This document shows, piece after piece, positions 1 through 9,911 of a stretch of DNA of 64,000 nt. The stretch comes from a virus. Its lineage: Duplodnaviria > Heunggongvirae > Uroviricota > Caudoviricetes. Position numbers and translations under genes: made by a program. The DNA lies in the IMG/VR virus record IMGVR_UViG_2724679539_000005, positions 1 to 64,000 of that record, one strand, 5' to 3'. Numbering within the stretch: position 1 is the first letter of the stretch; each line of letters starts with the position of its first letter. The notes beneath the pieces were generated by a model that was not told the origin of the DNA, did no database searches, and worked only from the letters and a program-made list of their open reading frames with translations.

Positions 1-1215
1 GTGAAACTCAATGCCCGTCAAATAGACACAGCCAAGCCAAAAGAGAAGGCTTACAAGCTGGCCGATGGTGGCGGTTTGTATCTCTTGGTAAAACCTAATG
101 GAGGTAAATACTGGCGACTTAAATATCGTGTAGCTGGTAAAGAGAAGCTATTGGCACTAGGTGTGTATCCTGAGGTTACTCTAGCCGATGCTCGGGCAAA
201 ACGTGAAGATGCGAAAAGAGGTATCGCTGGTGGTATCGATCCGATGGAAGCGAAACGAGAGGAAAAGATTGCCCGGGAAACGCAGTTAAACAACACCTTC
301 AAAGATATTGCCCTTGAGTGGCACAGCAGCAAATTAAAAAAATGGTCTGCTGGTTATGCTTCAGACATCCTCGAAGCCTTCAACAAAGATGTGTTCCCTT
401 ACATTGGCAAAAAACCAATCGCCGAAATCAAACCACTTGAACTTCTGAATGTGCTGCGGCGCATCGAGGGGCGCGGTGCTACAGAAAAAGCCAAAAAAGT
501 GAGGCAGCGGTGCGGGGAAGTTTTCCGCTATGCAATAGTCACTGGTCGCGCAGAGTATAACCCTGCACCAGACCTTACTAGCGCGATGCAAGGCCATGAA
601 TCTAATCATTACCCTTTCCTTACAGCTAAAGAATTACCTGATTTTTTCAAGGCATTGTCCAGTTACTCAGGAAGCGCATTGGTTGTTATGGCGGCTCGTC
701 TACTGATTATCACCGGCTTGCGGACTGGCGAACTACGTGGCGCATTATGGGATGAAATTGATTTCAACAAGGCTATCTGGGAGATACCCGCTTCACGTAT
801 GAAAATGCGGCGGCCTCATATTGTGCTATTGTCTGATCAGGCTCTTTCGCTTATTGGGAAGATTAGAGAAATAACAGGCAATTACCCTCTTATGTTTCCC
901 GGGCGCAATGATCCAAGGAAAACAATGAGTGAGGCCAGCATAAACCAAGTGTTTAAGCGCATTGGTTACGCTGGACGTGTAACTGGTCATGGGTTCCGGC
1001 ACACTATGAGCACGATTTTGCATGAGCAGGGCTATAACACCGCGTGGATAGAAACGCAGCTCGCTCACGTTGATAAGAACTCAATTCGTGGCACATACAA
1101 CCATGCGCAATATCTGGATGGAAGGCGGGAGATGCTTCAATGGTATGCCGACTATATGGATGCGCTGGAGAAGGAGGAGAACGTTGTTCATGGTTCGTTT
1201 GGGAAACGAGCTTAA
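1..1215 (+). CDS. int: Tyrosine recombinase, P4-family integrase (start at or just beyond window edge)
   Basis: N-terminal KAYKLADGGGLYLLVKPNGGKYWRLKYR arm-type motif; C-terminal HGFRHT and LAH..Y catalytic motifs. Confidence 0.9.
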   Translation: MKLNARQIDTAKPKEKAYKLADGGGLYLLVKPNGGKYWRLKYRVAGKEKLLALGVYPEVTLADARAKREDAKRGIAGGIDPMEAKREEKIARETQLNNTFKDIALEWHSSKLKKWSAGYASDILEAFNKDVFPYIGKKPIAEIKPLELLNVLRRIEGRGATEKAKKVRQRCGEVFRYAIVTGRAEYNPAPDLTSAMQGHESNHYPFLTAKELPDFFKALSSYSGSALVVMAARLLIITGLRTGELRGALWDEIDFNKAIWEIPASRMKMRRPHIVLLSDQALSLIGKIREITGNYPLMFPGRNDPRKTMSEASINQVFKRIGYAGRVTGHGFRHTMSTILHEQGYNTAWIETQLAHVDKNSIRGTYNHAQYLDGRREMLQWYADYMDALEKEENVVHGSFGKRA

Positions 1216-1357
1216 CTGTATGAATAGACCGTGTTAAGCAATGGTAGTAGACTTATGTAGACGAACAAAGAATAGGCTATGTCTAGGCTGATCCCCGAAA
1301 ACCCGTACACCCCTACGGGCTGGCATAGCCGTCAGAATTAGGGGCGCGGGGTGGCGT

Positions 1358-2239
1358 ATGGTGAGAGCCAAAAAACAAGATTTAGCATGGTTTGATATTA
1401 ATAATTATGAATTTTTAAATGATTTAACCTTGCCGGACTTGATTCAAGAATTAGAGTGGCGCGATTTTTTATTGCGTCATGCAAAAGATGACACTGCTAT
1501 ATTCAAAGAAGAGTACGATATAAAATATGAAAGGATTTTTTCGGGCGATCCTAACCTAACCATTCTCAATGAAGAAGAGGAAGAGGTCGAAGAATTTATT
1601 CGCAAAGTAAATGATGAAGCCCCATCATTAAGAAATGAGTACGATGATCTTCCCTCATTATCTTCAGCTATGGGGGTTAGTCCAGTAACATTTTCAGAGC
1701 TGGCCATGTACTCTTTCTCATCGATAGATCAAGGCTTTTTTAAAAGAGACGAAGAGGATTGCTACCTCAAGGCAAACGCTATGCTTGCGAGTGTTACTGG
1801 AAACCTAAGTAATTGTTCCCCTAACATCATACTCGTTTCTATAGATTTAGATGACGCCACTGATGACGAAATTATTACCAGCCTGACTCACCTTCTACCT
1901 CTATGGCGAAAAGAGTTAAAAGTACCAGAGAGAGAGCATGTCGCTCAGAAAAGGATTGGATTAAAGACCCTTCAGAAGTTGATATCTAATAGAGTGATAC
2001 CTATTGTTGATCTGCTGATTTGGGGTGAGAAGTCAGGTAAGGAAGTGAGCAATCCGATGATTTCTGCCTTGGTTTTTAGTGATGATCCGAAAGATACGCA
2101 GGCTATTAAGGAATCAATAAAGCCTTTTGCACTTGAATCTATAAGCGAGAGATACACCCGCTTGCTTCAGCTTTATGTAAACAAAGACAGAGAAATGAGC
2201 TTGATAAAAATATCTGATTTAATGAGTAGAGATTTATAG
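1358..2239 (+). CDS. Hypothetical acidic protein (293 aa), AT-rich, integrase-proximal
   Basis: Long ORF with much lower GC than flanks; no recognisable motif. Confidence 0.5.
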   Translation: MVRAKKQDLAWFDINNYEFLNDLTLPDLIQELEWRDFLLRHAKDDTAIFKEEYDIKYERIFSGDPNLTILNEEEEEVEEFIRKVNDEAPSLRNEYDDLPSLSSAMGVSPVTFSELAMYSFSSIDQGFFKRDEEDCYLKANAMLASVTGNLSNCSPNIILVSIDLDDATDDEIITSLTHLLPLWRKELKVPEREHVAQKRIGLKTLQKLISNRVIPIVDLLIWGEKSGKEVSNPMISALVFSDDPKDTQAIKESIKPFALESISERYTRLLQLYVNKDREMSLIKISDLMSRDL

Positions 2240-2436
2240 CAAGCAAAATCCTACGTAAACGTTTTAAGTAAATTTCGCGATTTCCGCTTTGAATACGCTA
2301 CTGTGTATTTCAAAGCGGATAATCTTCTCAAAAAAATATTTTATTTTTATCCGCTATCACCCATTCACCGGTTTGTTTAATCTCCTTTCTGTCTACTGAT
2401 GTCCATTAAAGAAGATGACAGAATATAGGAGTAAAC

Positions 2437-2634
2437 ATGTCTCAATCATTTATTCGTCTTTCTGAGGTTCAACGCCGTACTGGTTACAGCAAAGCGTGGA
2501 TTTATCGGCTCATCAAAGAACAGCGATTCCCTCAATCTGTAAAGATTGGAAGCCGATCAATTGCGTTTATTGAAAGTGAAATTGAAGAATGGATTAATCA
2601 GCGCATCGCTGAGTCGCGTGGCGAGGTAGCGTAA
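2437..2634 (+). CDS. alpA: AlpA-family DNA-binding regulator
   Basis: 65 aa, motif RLSEVQRRTGYSKAWIYRLIKEQRFP typical of AlpA/Vis; good RBS. Confidence 0.8.
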   Translation: MSQSFIRLSEVQRRTGYSKAWIYRLIKEQRFPQSVKIGSRSIAFIESEIEEWINQRIAESRGEVA

Positions 2635-3065
2635 TGAATAAGAAAAACCGCCCATTACAGGCGGCTAATTCAGATATTCGCGTATCTGATGTTACGCCCC
2701 TGACAAAATCCCTTCAAGCACCAAAGCGCACACCGAAAAAGCATCGTGCCAGAGTCTATATGCTGCGTACTGGTATAGAGGGATGGACAGAAAATGACAT
2801 TCTTCGCTACTGCCGTCTGTCTTCTGGTCGTAACTATGCAACAGAGTTAGAACGCCAGCTTGGAATCACTCTGGAGCGTATCGACGAAAAGAATCCTGAT
2901 GGTATCGGAACACACCTTCGCTACCGTTTCTCCTGCCGTGGTGATGTTCTGAAAGTGATCACTCATATTAACCATCTTGCGAACATAAATGATCACAACG
3001 GACTTTCTCAGCAGGAAATTGCCGACATTCTGAAACTCTACCCGGACGCGTTTAACGCCGCCTAA
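2634..3065 (+). CDS. Hypothetical protein (143 aa)
   Basis: ORF start overlaps alpA stop (coupled). Confidence 0.45.
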   Translation: MNKKNRPLQAANSDIRVSDVTPLTKSLQAPKRTPKKHRARVYMLRTGIEGWTENDILRYCRLSSGRNYATELERQLGITLERIDEKNPDGIGTHLRYRFSCRGDVLKVITHINHLANINDHNGLSQQEIADILKLYPDAFNAA

Positions 3066-3077
3066 CGGAGACTGAAA

Positions 3078-3911
3078 ATGAACATCGAAAAAAGCAGATT
3101 AATTTCTGAGGCCGCCCCTCATCTGAACGCCTCTCTGGGCACAATTAACGGTAATGAATTTGCCGCAATTGTCCCGGTTATTCCTGGTCATATCGGTGGG
3201 CGTGAAACCAATATTGTTAGCGCAAAAGCGTTGCACAAAGCGTTGGGCGTGGGAAAAGACTTCTCTACATGGATCACTGATCGCATCTCTGAATATGACT
3301 TCACCATTGGGCACGATTACTCAGTCCATAAAACAATTTCCCCAAATTTGGGGAAAAGCCCGAATGGCGCGGCTTACAGCAAGATAAAGCACTCTGGCAG
3401 ACCCGGCAAAGACTATCTGTTAAGTGTCGGAATGGCGAAAGAACTGGCAATGATCGAACGCAATGATCAGGGTCGCGCTATCCGCCGTTATTTCATCCAG
3501 TGCGAGGAAGAATTACAGCGTACCGTGCCTGAAATCGCCGCCCGCTATCGTCGCCAGCTAAAAGCCCGTATCAGTGCCGCAAACAACTTTAAGCCAATGT
3601 GCGATGCGCTGAATATGGCCCGTGCCGAGCAGGGGAAAACGACGCAGCAACACCACTACACAAACGAGAGCAATATGATTTCTCGTATCGTTCTTGGTGG
3701 GCTAACTGCCAAGCAGTGGGCGCGGATAAATGGCTATTCTGGCGAACCTCGCGACCATATGAACGCAGAACAGCTTGAGCACCTCTCATATCTCGAAAGC
3801 ACCAATATCACGTTAATTGATATGGGCATGGAATATGAGCAGCGCAAAGGAGAACTCACCCGCCTGTCGCAACGCTGGCTCGCCAAGCGTCTGGAGGTAG
3901 TCAATGTCTAA
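3078..3911 (+). CDS. Phage antirepressor-like protein (KilA-C type)
   Basis: 277 aa; C-terminal region resembles KilA-C antirepressor domain. Confidence 0.6.
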   Translation: MNIEKSRLISEAAPHLNASLGTINGNEFAAIVPVIPGHIGGRETNIVSAKALHKALGVGKDFSTWITDRISEYDFTIGHDYSVHKTISPNLGKSPNGAAYSKIKHSGRPGKDYLLSVGMAKELAMIERNDQGRAIRRYFIQCEEELQRTVPEIAARYRRQLKARISAANNFKPMCDALNMARAEQGKTTQQHHYTNESNMISRIVLGGLTAKQWARINGYSGEPRDHMNAEQLEHLSYLESTNITLIDMGMEYEQRKGELTRLSQRWLAKRLEVVNV

Positions 3912-4086
3912 GCCAACAGGAACACCACAACCACAAAAACGCTACAAAGATGCCCACGGAGCACTCGTTACTGTCGAAAGCGTGTCTCACAACCGAGTGA
4001 CGTTTTATCGCGACGGGTATCAATCGCCATGCGTACAACCGCTGGCACGTTTCATGAAGGAGTTCGCGGAGGTTAACAAATGCTAA
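3904..4086 (+). CDS. Hypothetical small protein
   Basis: 60-aa ORF coupled to the upstream gene. Confidence 0.3.
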   Translation: MSKPTGTPQPQKRYKDAHGALVTVESVSHNRVTFYRDGYQSPCVQPLARFMKEFAEVNKC

Positions 4087-4604
4087 CCGTCCAGAAGAAG
4101 ACATTTTCACTGGCAGGTATGTCGCCAAAATCCAGCAATATGACGGCAAAGTCAGGCATTAATACAGCAGATACAAGCAAAGTTTATCATTTGCTGGTGG
4201 TCGGAACGGATGCCTTAACCATACCAGAAATCTCGGGCGATGATATTAGCATTGAGAAGGTCAGCGGCTATGCCAGAGAATTTCTGGTCGTAGATGGCTT
4301 TCTCTGCTCGTGTAGTGACTCCACAAAAACCTTCGTCCACGCGCGTGACGTTAACGAAATGAGCGCGATGTACTGTGCTTCTGGTTCTTCCAATAGTGAG
4401 TTTTCGGAGTCCATAAAAAAGAGCTTGCCGTTATGCGGCAACACGGTTTATGGTTATAAGGCACCTCATAAAACGGGTGCCGGGATTGGCGTCCTGAAAA
4501 TTCTGAAGGCGACATATGACGCGCCGAGCGTCTTTTTTTATGTCGTAGGTCTGACTCACCCATTTTTTGGGCGTTGGTGTATAATCCAGCGCCTTTGTCA
4601 ATCA

Positions 4605-4690
4605 ATGGTGGCTCAGGCGGGGGCTTCTTCGGAAGCGCCGGTATCCTTCAGAGCCGGTTACGCCAACCCTGTCTGGGCTACCACCAGCGA
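4605..4690 (+). ncRNA. C4/CI-like antisense RNA (P1 C4, P4 CI type), copy A
   Basis: GGGCTTCTTCGGAAGCGCCGG hairpin with UUCG loop and CCGGTTACGCCAACC shared exactly with copy B at 32687; loop CCTTCAGA is complementary to TCTGAAGG in the RBS of the ORF at 4742. Confidence 0.5.
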
Positions 4691-4741
4691 AATTGGCGTT
4701 TCCGGTGGTAGCGTAACCTGCTATCTGAAGGAGGCTGCCAC

Positions 4742-4936
4742 ATGCTGGCTACTACCCCTACCCAAAAACCGCAATTTATCTGGATTATCGCCGCAGTTCG
4801 CCGCGATTGCCCGACAATTACCGCCAAAATTCATCATATTGCTGCCGAGTCTGAACGCGATGCTCGCCGTTCTCTGGTGCGCGATCACGTCTGCTTTTTT
4901 GCTGGTCGTATCCGCATGGAGGTGGCACATGATTAA
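4742..4936 (+). CDS. Hypothetical small protein, first gene after the antisense RNA
   Basis: Strong SD GAAGGAGG before ATG; SD overlaps predicted antisense target. Confidence 0.45.
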   Translation: MLATTPTQKPQFIWIIAAVRRDCPTITAKIHHIAAESERDARRSLVRDHVCFFAGRIRMEVAHD

Positions 4937-5147
4937 AACCTACGATGTGCATATGGATCCCCTCGAACGCACAAGCCAGATCATCACACTGACAGAAGTG
5001 ATTAACGACATTCTGGTGAGCAACTCTCCCTCACGAGACGAAAGACTGAAGGCGTTACTCGCGATATTGGATCTCGCCGTTCGTGACGTTCATTTCCTGC
5101 TGGAAGGTGGCGAAATGCCAGGAAAAACGGGGGCAACCAATGAATAA
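4929..5147 (+). CDS. Hypothetical small protein (72 aa)
   Basis: Internal ATG with GGAGGTGG SD inside a dubious 355-aa ORF. Confidence 0.35.
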   Translation: MIKTYDVHMDPLERTSQIITLTEVINDILVSNSPSRDERLKALLAILDLAVRDVHFLLEGGEMPGKTGATNE

Positions 5148-5334
5148 CTCAATTAATACCCCTCGCCTTACGTCCGCACTTCAATTAATCGAGCAAGCAG
5201 CGGCTGCCCTGGTTGCTGTCAGTCTTTCGGCTGAAGAAATGGACGCTGCTGATGTCGTGGATGCGATTAAAGCGTGCTCATCTTTGGTTAACGATGCCCG
5301 TGCCGAGCTGGTAATTCTTGGGGGTGAAAAATGA
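5140..5334 (+). CDS. Hypothetical small protein
   Basis: ATG MNNSINTPRL overlapping upstream stop. Confidence 0.4.
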   Translation: MNNSINTPRLTSALQLIEQAAAALVAVSLSAEEMDAADVVDAIKACSSLVNDARAELVILGGEK

Positions 5335-5594
5335 ATATCAACTTAATTTATCGTCATCCGTGTGAGCTGGAAATTGAATCATTGCTGGGGCGTGAAGAGC
5401 CATATCCAGACACATTCACTCCCGCAGATTGCGCGACTGAACGGCTTACCAGAGCGCGCACAGGTCTGGTTCATGTGATGAATGAGATTGTTCCCTCGGT
5501 GGGAGGGGAACAGGCGACAGTAATCAATAGCTGGCTACAAAAAGTTACCTCCCTGATAGATATCGGTTTAATCGATGTGGAGAGTGCGAAATGA
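5331..5594 (+). CDS. Hypothetical protein
   Basis: Coupled ORF in the operon leading to primase. Confidence 0.4.
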   Translation: MNINLIYRHPCELEIESLLGREEPYPDTFTPADCATERLTRARTGLVHVMNEIVPSVGGEQATVINSWLQKVTSLIDIGLIDVESAK

Positions 5595-5812
5595 CCAACA
5601 TCCAGCTCATTGAAGCGCAATGTCGCATCGAACAGGTTCAGACTGTTTTAGGGTTCTGGCTTGAAGGGGCCAGCCCCAGCAACAGAGACAAGTTAATGAT
5701 TGGCGCGGTTATGTCACTGCTCAATGGCGTACCAGAAGCTATTCAGGAAGCGGACGAATTGTTGGGCAAATATGAGTTACAGAATCATTCAGGCGAGGCT
5801 AAACATGAATAA
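5591..5812 (+). CDS. Hypothetical protein
   Basis: Coupled ORF. Confidence 0.4.
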   Translation: MTNIQLIEAQCRIEQVQTVLGFWLEGASPSNRDKLMIGAVMSLLNGVPEAIQEADELLGKYELQNHSGEAKHE

Positions 5813-6407
5813 TTTCTTAATCTTCCATGCAGAAGCAACGCCTGACGGCGTAAACATCATGCACCGCAGCAACGATGGCATGACAGAACGCGTTGAAACC
5901 GTCTCATATATTGATGCCGTAAATCGTCTGGATGCCGGGGATTATGACGATAAACCAGATGAAGGCATGTTTATACATCTCGCTATTGCCAGTGGCGGCA
6001 ACCAGGGATATTTCGATTACACATCACAGCATCACGTGATTATGTGGCGCTGGCTGATAGCAACAGCATTCATCAATGAAATGAGAAAGGAAAACGGCAC
6101 CGTCAGCATTATTGATGACAGTGGCAATCATTCCGTGGTTTCTGTTTATTCCAATGGCATCGTCGCCATGCCGCTGTATCCAGTAGCAGAGCGCCTCGCT
6201 ATGGCAAACAACATTGAGGGCGCAATGATCGAGAAATATGGTGTTGATGTCGGAACAAATAATGCCATCATTTTTTACAGCAACATGTTCGATGTCGAAC
6301 AGGGAACACTCACTTCGTTTGGGCGAGAAGTGCTTGCCGATCTTCACAACAGCTTTATTGCCGAACTAAACGAAAACGGCATCCCAGAAGCACCAGTGAC
6401 GCACTAA
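5805..6407 (+). CDS. Hypothetical protein (200 aa)
   Basis: In-frame ATG MNNFLIFH overlapping upstream stop. Confidence 0.5.
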   Translation: MNNFLIFHAEATPDGVNIMHRSNDGMTERVETVSYIDAVNRLDAGDYDDKPDEGMFIHLAIASGGNQGYFDYTSQHHVIMWRWLIATAFINEMRKENGTVSIIDDSGNHSVVSVYSNGIVAMPLYPVAERLAMANNIEGAMIEKYGVDVGTNNAIIFYSNMFDVEQGTLTSFGREVLADLHNSFIAELNENGIPEAPVTH

Positions 6408-6419
6408 ACGGAGGCCAGA

Positions 6420-8771
6420 ATGCGAAACATTGATCTTATCCGTCAGGTTATCAGTGCGTCTGAAAACAACTGGCCTCATGTGCTGGGCTGCCTGAACATA
6501 AATGTCCCTGACTCTCCGCGCCGTCATGCTCCCTGCCCTGCATGTGGGGGCAAAGATCGATTCCGGTTCGACGACAACGGGCGCGGTAGCTTCATCTGTA
6601 ATCAGTGCGGCGCTGGTGATGGGCTGGATTTAATTAAACGCGTAAATAACTGCGACACAACAGAGGCGGCGCTTCTTGCCGCTGATGTTCTGGGTATTGA
6701 TTACCGGACAACGGAAACACCAGAAGCCACCAGCCAGAAACGGGAACAACTGGAAACCGAGCGCCAGCAACGCGAACAGGAGCGCCTGAAAAGGGCAGAG
6801 AAGGACGAACAACAAAGACGGGATACGTTTTCCCGTCAGTTTGATGACATGCGCAGAAAGGCTGTAAACGGCAAATCTGATTATCTGTTTGCGAAAGGGG
6901 TAGGTGATTTTACATTCCCTGTGTTGCCCGATGGATCTCTGTTGCTGGCGCTGGTGGATAAATCCGGCGCAGTCACAGCAGCACAGACTATTACCTCACA
7001 TGGTGAAAAAAGACTCCTGACAGGTTCAGCAAAGCGAGGGGCATATCACGCCATAAACGCACAGAAACGACCTCACAGCATCATAATTGCTGAGGGGGTG
7101 GCTACCGCCCTGTCGTGCCATTTAATTCGCCCTGACGCAATGACAGTGGCAGCAATCGACGCTGGCAACCTGTTGCCAGTAGCGGAAGTCATGCGCAGAA
7201 CATATCCACAGGCACAAATCATCATTGCCGCAGATAACGATCACCAGCAAGGAAACTCCGAAAGTGGAGGGATCAACACGGGGAAAGATGCCGCAGAGAG
7301 GGCCGCTATTTCCGTAGCTGGCTGGGTGTCTCTGCCACCGACTGACTATAAAGCCGACTGGAACGACTATCACCAACAACACGGGCTGGCGGCAGCCACA
7401 GCAGCATTTAAAGATTCGATGTACCAGCCACGGGGGAAAGGGGCGCAGGTGAAAAATCACAAACAGTCAGTCGGGGCGCTGAATGAGATCAGTTCTGGCG
7501 AGGTGTTAAGCGATGATGAAATTGCTGTCCTCGAAGAAATCAACCGGACGTTTACGCATGTCACCATCGGCGGGAAACACAAGGTGGTGTCGCTAAAGCC
7601 TTCTCAAACCGGCGGTGTATCGCACGTTTTCGAGGATTTATCACAATTTCAGCATTATTTTCATCATAAACCGAGAGTCGCCAGAAAGCTGGCGGGATCG
7701 GCGTGGCTGTCATGGAGTGGGAAGAACTACAAGCCAGGAGGCGTAGGATTTTATCCAGTACCAGACAAATGCCCTGACGATGTTTTTAATCTGTATGAGG
7801 GGCTGGCACTGGAACCAATTGAAGGAGATTGCACGGTATACCTTAATCACCTGTTGCAGGTTGTCTGTGCCGGTAATGAAGAGGCATACCAATATCTTAT
7901 CCAGTGGATGGCGCACATTATCCAAAAGCCTGATGAAAAACCGTCCGTGGCAATCGTGATGAAATCTGTCCCGGGCACAGGGAAAGGCACAACGGTTAAA
8001 CCGCTGCTGCAAATACTGGGGCAGTACGCCGCCCACATTAACGGGGCGGGACATATTTCAGGGCGCTTCAATTCAATACTTGCTAACAAGCTACTGGTAT
8101 TTGCTGACGAAGTGACGATCCACAAGCCGTCTGAAGCTGACAGACTTAAAGCGATTATTAGCGAACCGACGTTTAACCTTGAGCGCAAGGGAATTGATGC
8201 TGAACCAATGCCGAATTTTGCCCGGTTGATATTTGCCAGTAACAGCACACAGGTATTACAGGCAGGGATAAGAGAGCGCCGCTATCTCGTGCTTGAGCCA
8301 TCTCCTGAAAAAGCACAGAGCCGGGAGTATTTTGATCGGCTGTACAGTTGGCTTAATGATGGCGGTGCCGCAAAGTTGCTTTGGCATCTTAAAGGGGTGG
8401 ATCTCTCAGGTTTTGACCCTCAACGAGCGCCACAGACCGATGCCTTACGTGAAGAAATCTTGCTGGGGCTGTCTGGCGTTGAATTGTTTCTTTATGGCGA
8501 GCTAATCAATGAACCTCCGTTTAATGGCGAAGTCCGTTTGTTTGCAAAGGATATGGTTAGTCGATTTGTAGCGTGGTCGCTTGAGCGTGGGGAAAAGCTT
8601 AAAGAACCAGCTGCCAGATCACTACTGGGTAAATCACTTGCACAAATGGGGCTGGTGAAGCATGGAAGACCAGACCGAGGGAATGGCGTGTTCTACGAAC
8701 TACCAGAGGTCGGAGTTCTACAGGCTGCGTTTGCCCGTCTGATCGGTATGGGGGGTTATGATGTTTTTTAA
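6420..8771 (+). CDS. P4 alpha-type primase/helicase
   Basis: N-terminal zinc-binding CPACGG..CNQCG, primase region, P-loop VPGTGKGT (D5/P4 alpha helicase type). Confidence 0.85.
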   Translation: MRNIDLIRQVISASENNWPHVLGCLNINVPDSPRRHAPCPACGGKDRFRFDDNGRGSFICNQCGAGDGLDLIKRVNNCDTTEAALLAADVLGIDYRTTETPEATSQKREQLETERQQREQERLKRAEKDEQQRRDTFSRQFDDMRRKAVNGKSDYLFAKGVGDFTFPVLPDGSLLLALVDKSGAVTAAQTITSHGEKRLLTGSAKRGAYHAINAQKRPHSIIIAEGVATALSCHLIRPDAMTVAAIDAGNLLPVAEVMRRTYPQAQIIIAADNDHQQGNSESGGINTGKDAAERAAISVAGWVSLPPTDYKADWNDYHQQHGLAAATAAFKDSMYQPRGKGAQVKNHKQSVGALNEISSGEVLSDDEIAVLEEINRTFTHVTIGGKHKVVSLKPSQTGGVSHVFEDLSQFQHYFHHKPRVARKLAGSAWLSWSGKNYKPGGVGFYPVPDKCPDDVFNLYEGLALEPIEGDCTVYLNHLLQVVCAGNEEAYQYLIQWMAHIIQKPDEKPSVAIVMKSVPGTGKGTTVKPLLQILGQYAAHINGAGHISGRFNSILANKLLVFADEVTIHKPSEADRLKAIISEPTFNLERKGIDAEPMPNFARLIFASNSTQVLQAGIRERRYLVLEPSPEKAQSREYFDRLYSWLNDGGAAKLLWHLKGVDLSGFDPQRAPQTDALREEILLGLSGVELFLYGELINEPPFNGEVRLFAKDMVSRFVAWSLERGEKLKEPAARSLLGKSLAQMGLVKHGRPDRGNGVFYELPEVGVLQAAFARLIGMGGYDVF

Positions 8772-8800
8772 TATAGTCTTTTTACAAGAAGATCGTTTTT

Positions 8801-8906
8801 ACCTGTACCACCTATACCACTTTTCTAATTCAGCATTAAAAACAATGCGTTATAGTGGTACAGGTCAATATCTTACCTATACCAGACCTGTACCACCTAT
8901 ACCATT
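8801..8906. repeat. Iteron cluster 1 (CCTGTACCACCTATACCA / GGTACAGGT units)
   Basis: Three or more direct/inverted copies immediately downstream of the primase gene. Confidence 0.5.
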
Positions 8907-8947
8907 AACAAACGCATTTCTTCTGGCTGGCTGAGAGGGAACAACCA

Positions 8948-9178
8948 ATGATGAGCACACCATTTTACAAAGTGCGCCAGTTAGCTTCTTCCTCTGGCTG
9001 GCAGCTACGGTTTGAGGGGCGTTCAGACTGGCTACCCATTGCGGCATGGGCGAATGTTGAAATGTGTATTGACGGCGATACCGTTGAAATCATTATTCCC
9101 TGCGTGGCAAGTCGGGACGGCTGTATAGAGCCAACAGATATGGCAGCAGAAATCAGAGAGGTAAAACATGAACAATAA
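8948..9178 (+). CDS. Hypothetical protein
   Basis: 76-aa ORF. Confidence 0.4.
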   Translation: MMSTPFYKVRQLASSSGWQLRFEGRSDWLPIAAWANVEMCIDGDTVEIIIPCVASRDGCIEPTDMAAEIREVKHEQ

Positions 9179-9905
9179 CTATTGCATACTGCAGGGAATG
9201 ACCAGAACGGAGCGCGAAGAATTAAAAAGTTTCGCTACACAGTGCGGGAATGCTGGCGACATCCAAAGTCTGGAACGCACTTTAATTATGATTGCGCACT
9301 GGATGCGCCAGGGGCAAAGAGTTTCATTTACTGAATATGCCAGCCAGTGGACAGAGGCACAGCGCGAACGGAGCGACGGTAATCACTCAACACCCGAAAT
9401 GGCGAAGCAATGGCCTTTCAGTGGTAAAAGCTGTATCAGTCCCGGTGGTTCAGATTATTACCCTGCTGGTGTGGGAGATGAGCCATGTTGTGACGAGACT
9501 GAAATCCGCCACGCAGTGACAGTAATTACCGCTGAATACCCACAATTTAACCTTGACGGACTGGCGCTCCACAACCGGAATGCGGACTGGGAAAACCCGC
9601 TTGATAACCCGTCATTTATCGTGTCGGCGAAAAGCTGCCTGAGATGGATCAGAGACAACGGGATGAGTAATGCCCAGATTGAGAGCTTCCCGCAGGATAA
9701 CCCCACATCTGACACGTTGAAGCATGAAGTGGAGCGATATAACCAGATAAACCACCAGCACAGTGATCACCCGCACTATATCCCCAACGGAGCATTTATT
9801 GCGGCGATGGTGGCAAGCGGCTACAAGGTTAAGCCAGCGGGAAGAATGAACGCATTTTTCAATATTTCAAAAAAGGGATTATGTGCTGCTATGGGTAAAA
9901 ATTAA
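9168..9905 (+). CDS. Hypothetical protein (245 aa)
   Basis: ORF flanked by the two iteron clusters. Confidence 0.5.
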   Translation: MNNNYCILQGMTRTEREELKSFATQCGNAGDIQSLERTLIMIAHWMRQGQRVSFTEYASQWTEAQRERSDGNHSTPEMAKQWPFSGKSCISPGGSDYYPAGVGDEPCCDETEIRHAVTVITAEYPQFNLDGLALHNRNADWENPLDNPSFIVSAKSCLRWIRDNGMSNAQIESFPQDNPTSDTLKHEVERYNQINHQHSDHPHYIPNGAFIAAMVASGYKVKPAGRMNAFFNISKKGLCAAMGKN

Positions 9906-9911
9906 ATAAAT

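Noticed and set aside
4080-5147. 355-aa plus-strand ORF in the track
   Set aside because: It runs through the C4/CI-like RNA, its hairpins and the SD/ATG of the 4742 gene, and contains better-supported small genes with their own RBS. More likely a chance open frame or several short genes; a real short gene in its 5-prime part cannot be excluded.
7122-8248. Minus-strand ORFs (112-133 aa) antisense to the primase gene
   Set aside because: Embedded in a well-supported long gene with no RBS or coding-like composition; similar antisense ORFs inside terminase, capsid and tape-measure genes were rejected likewise.
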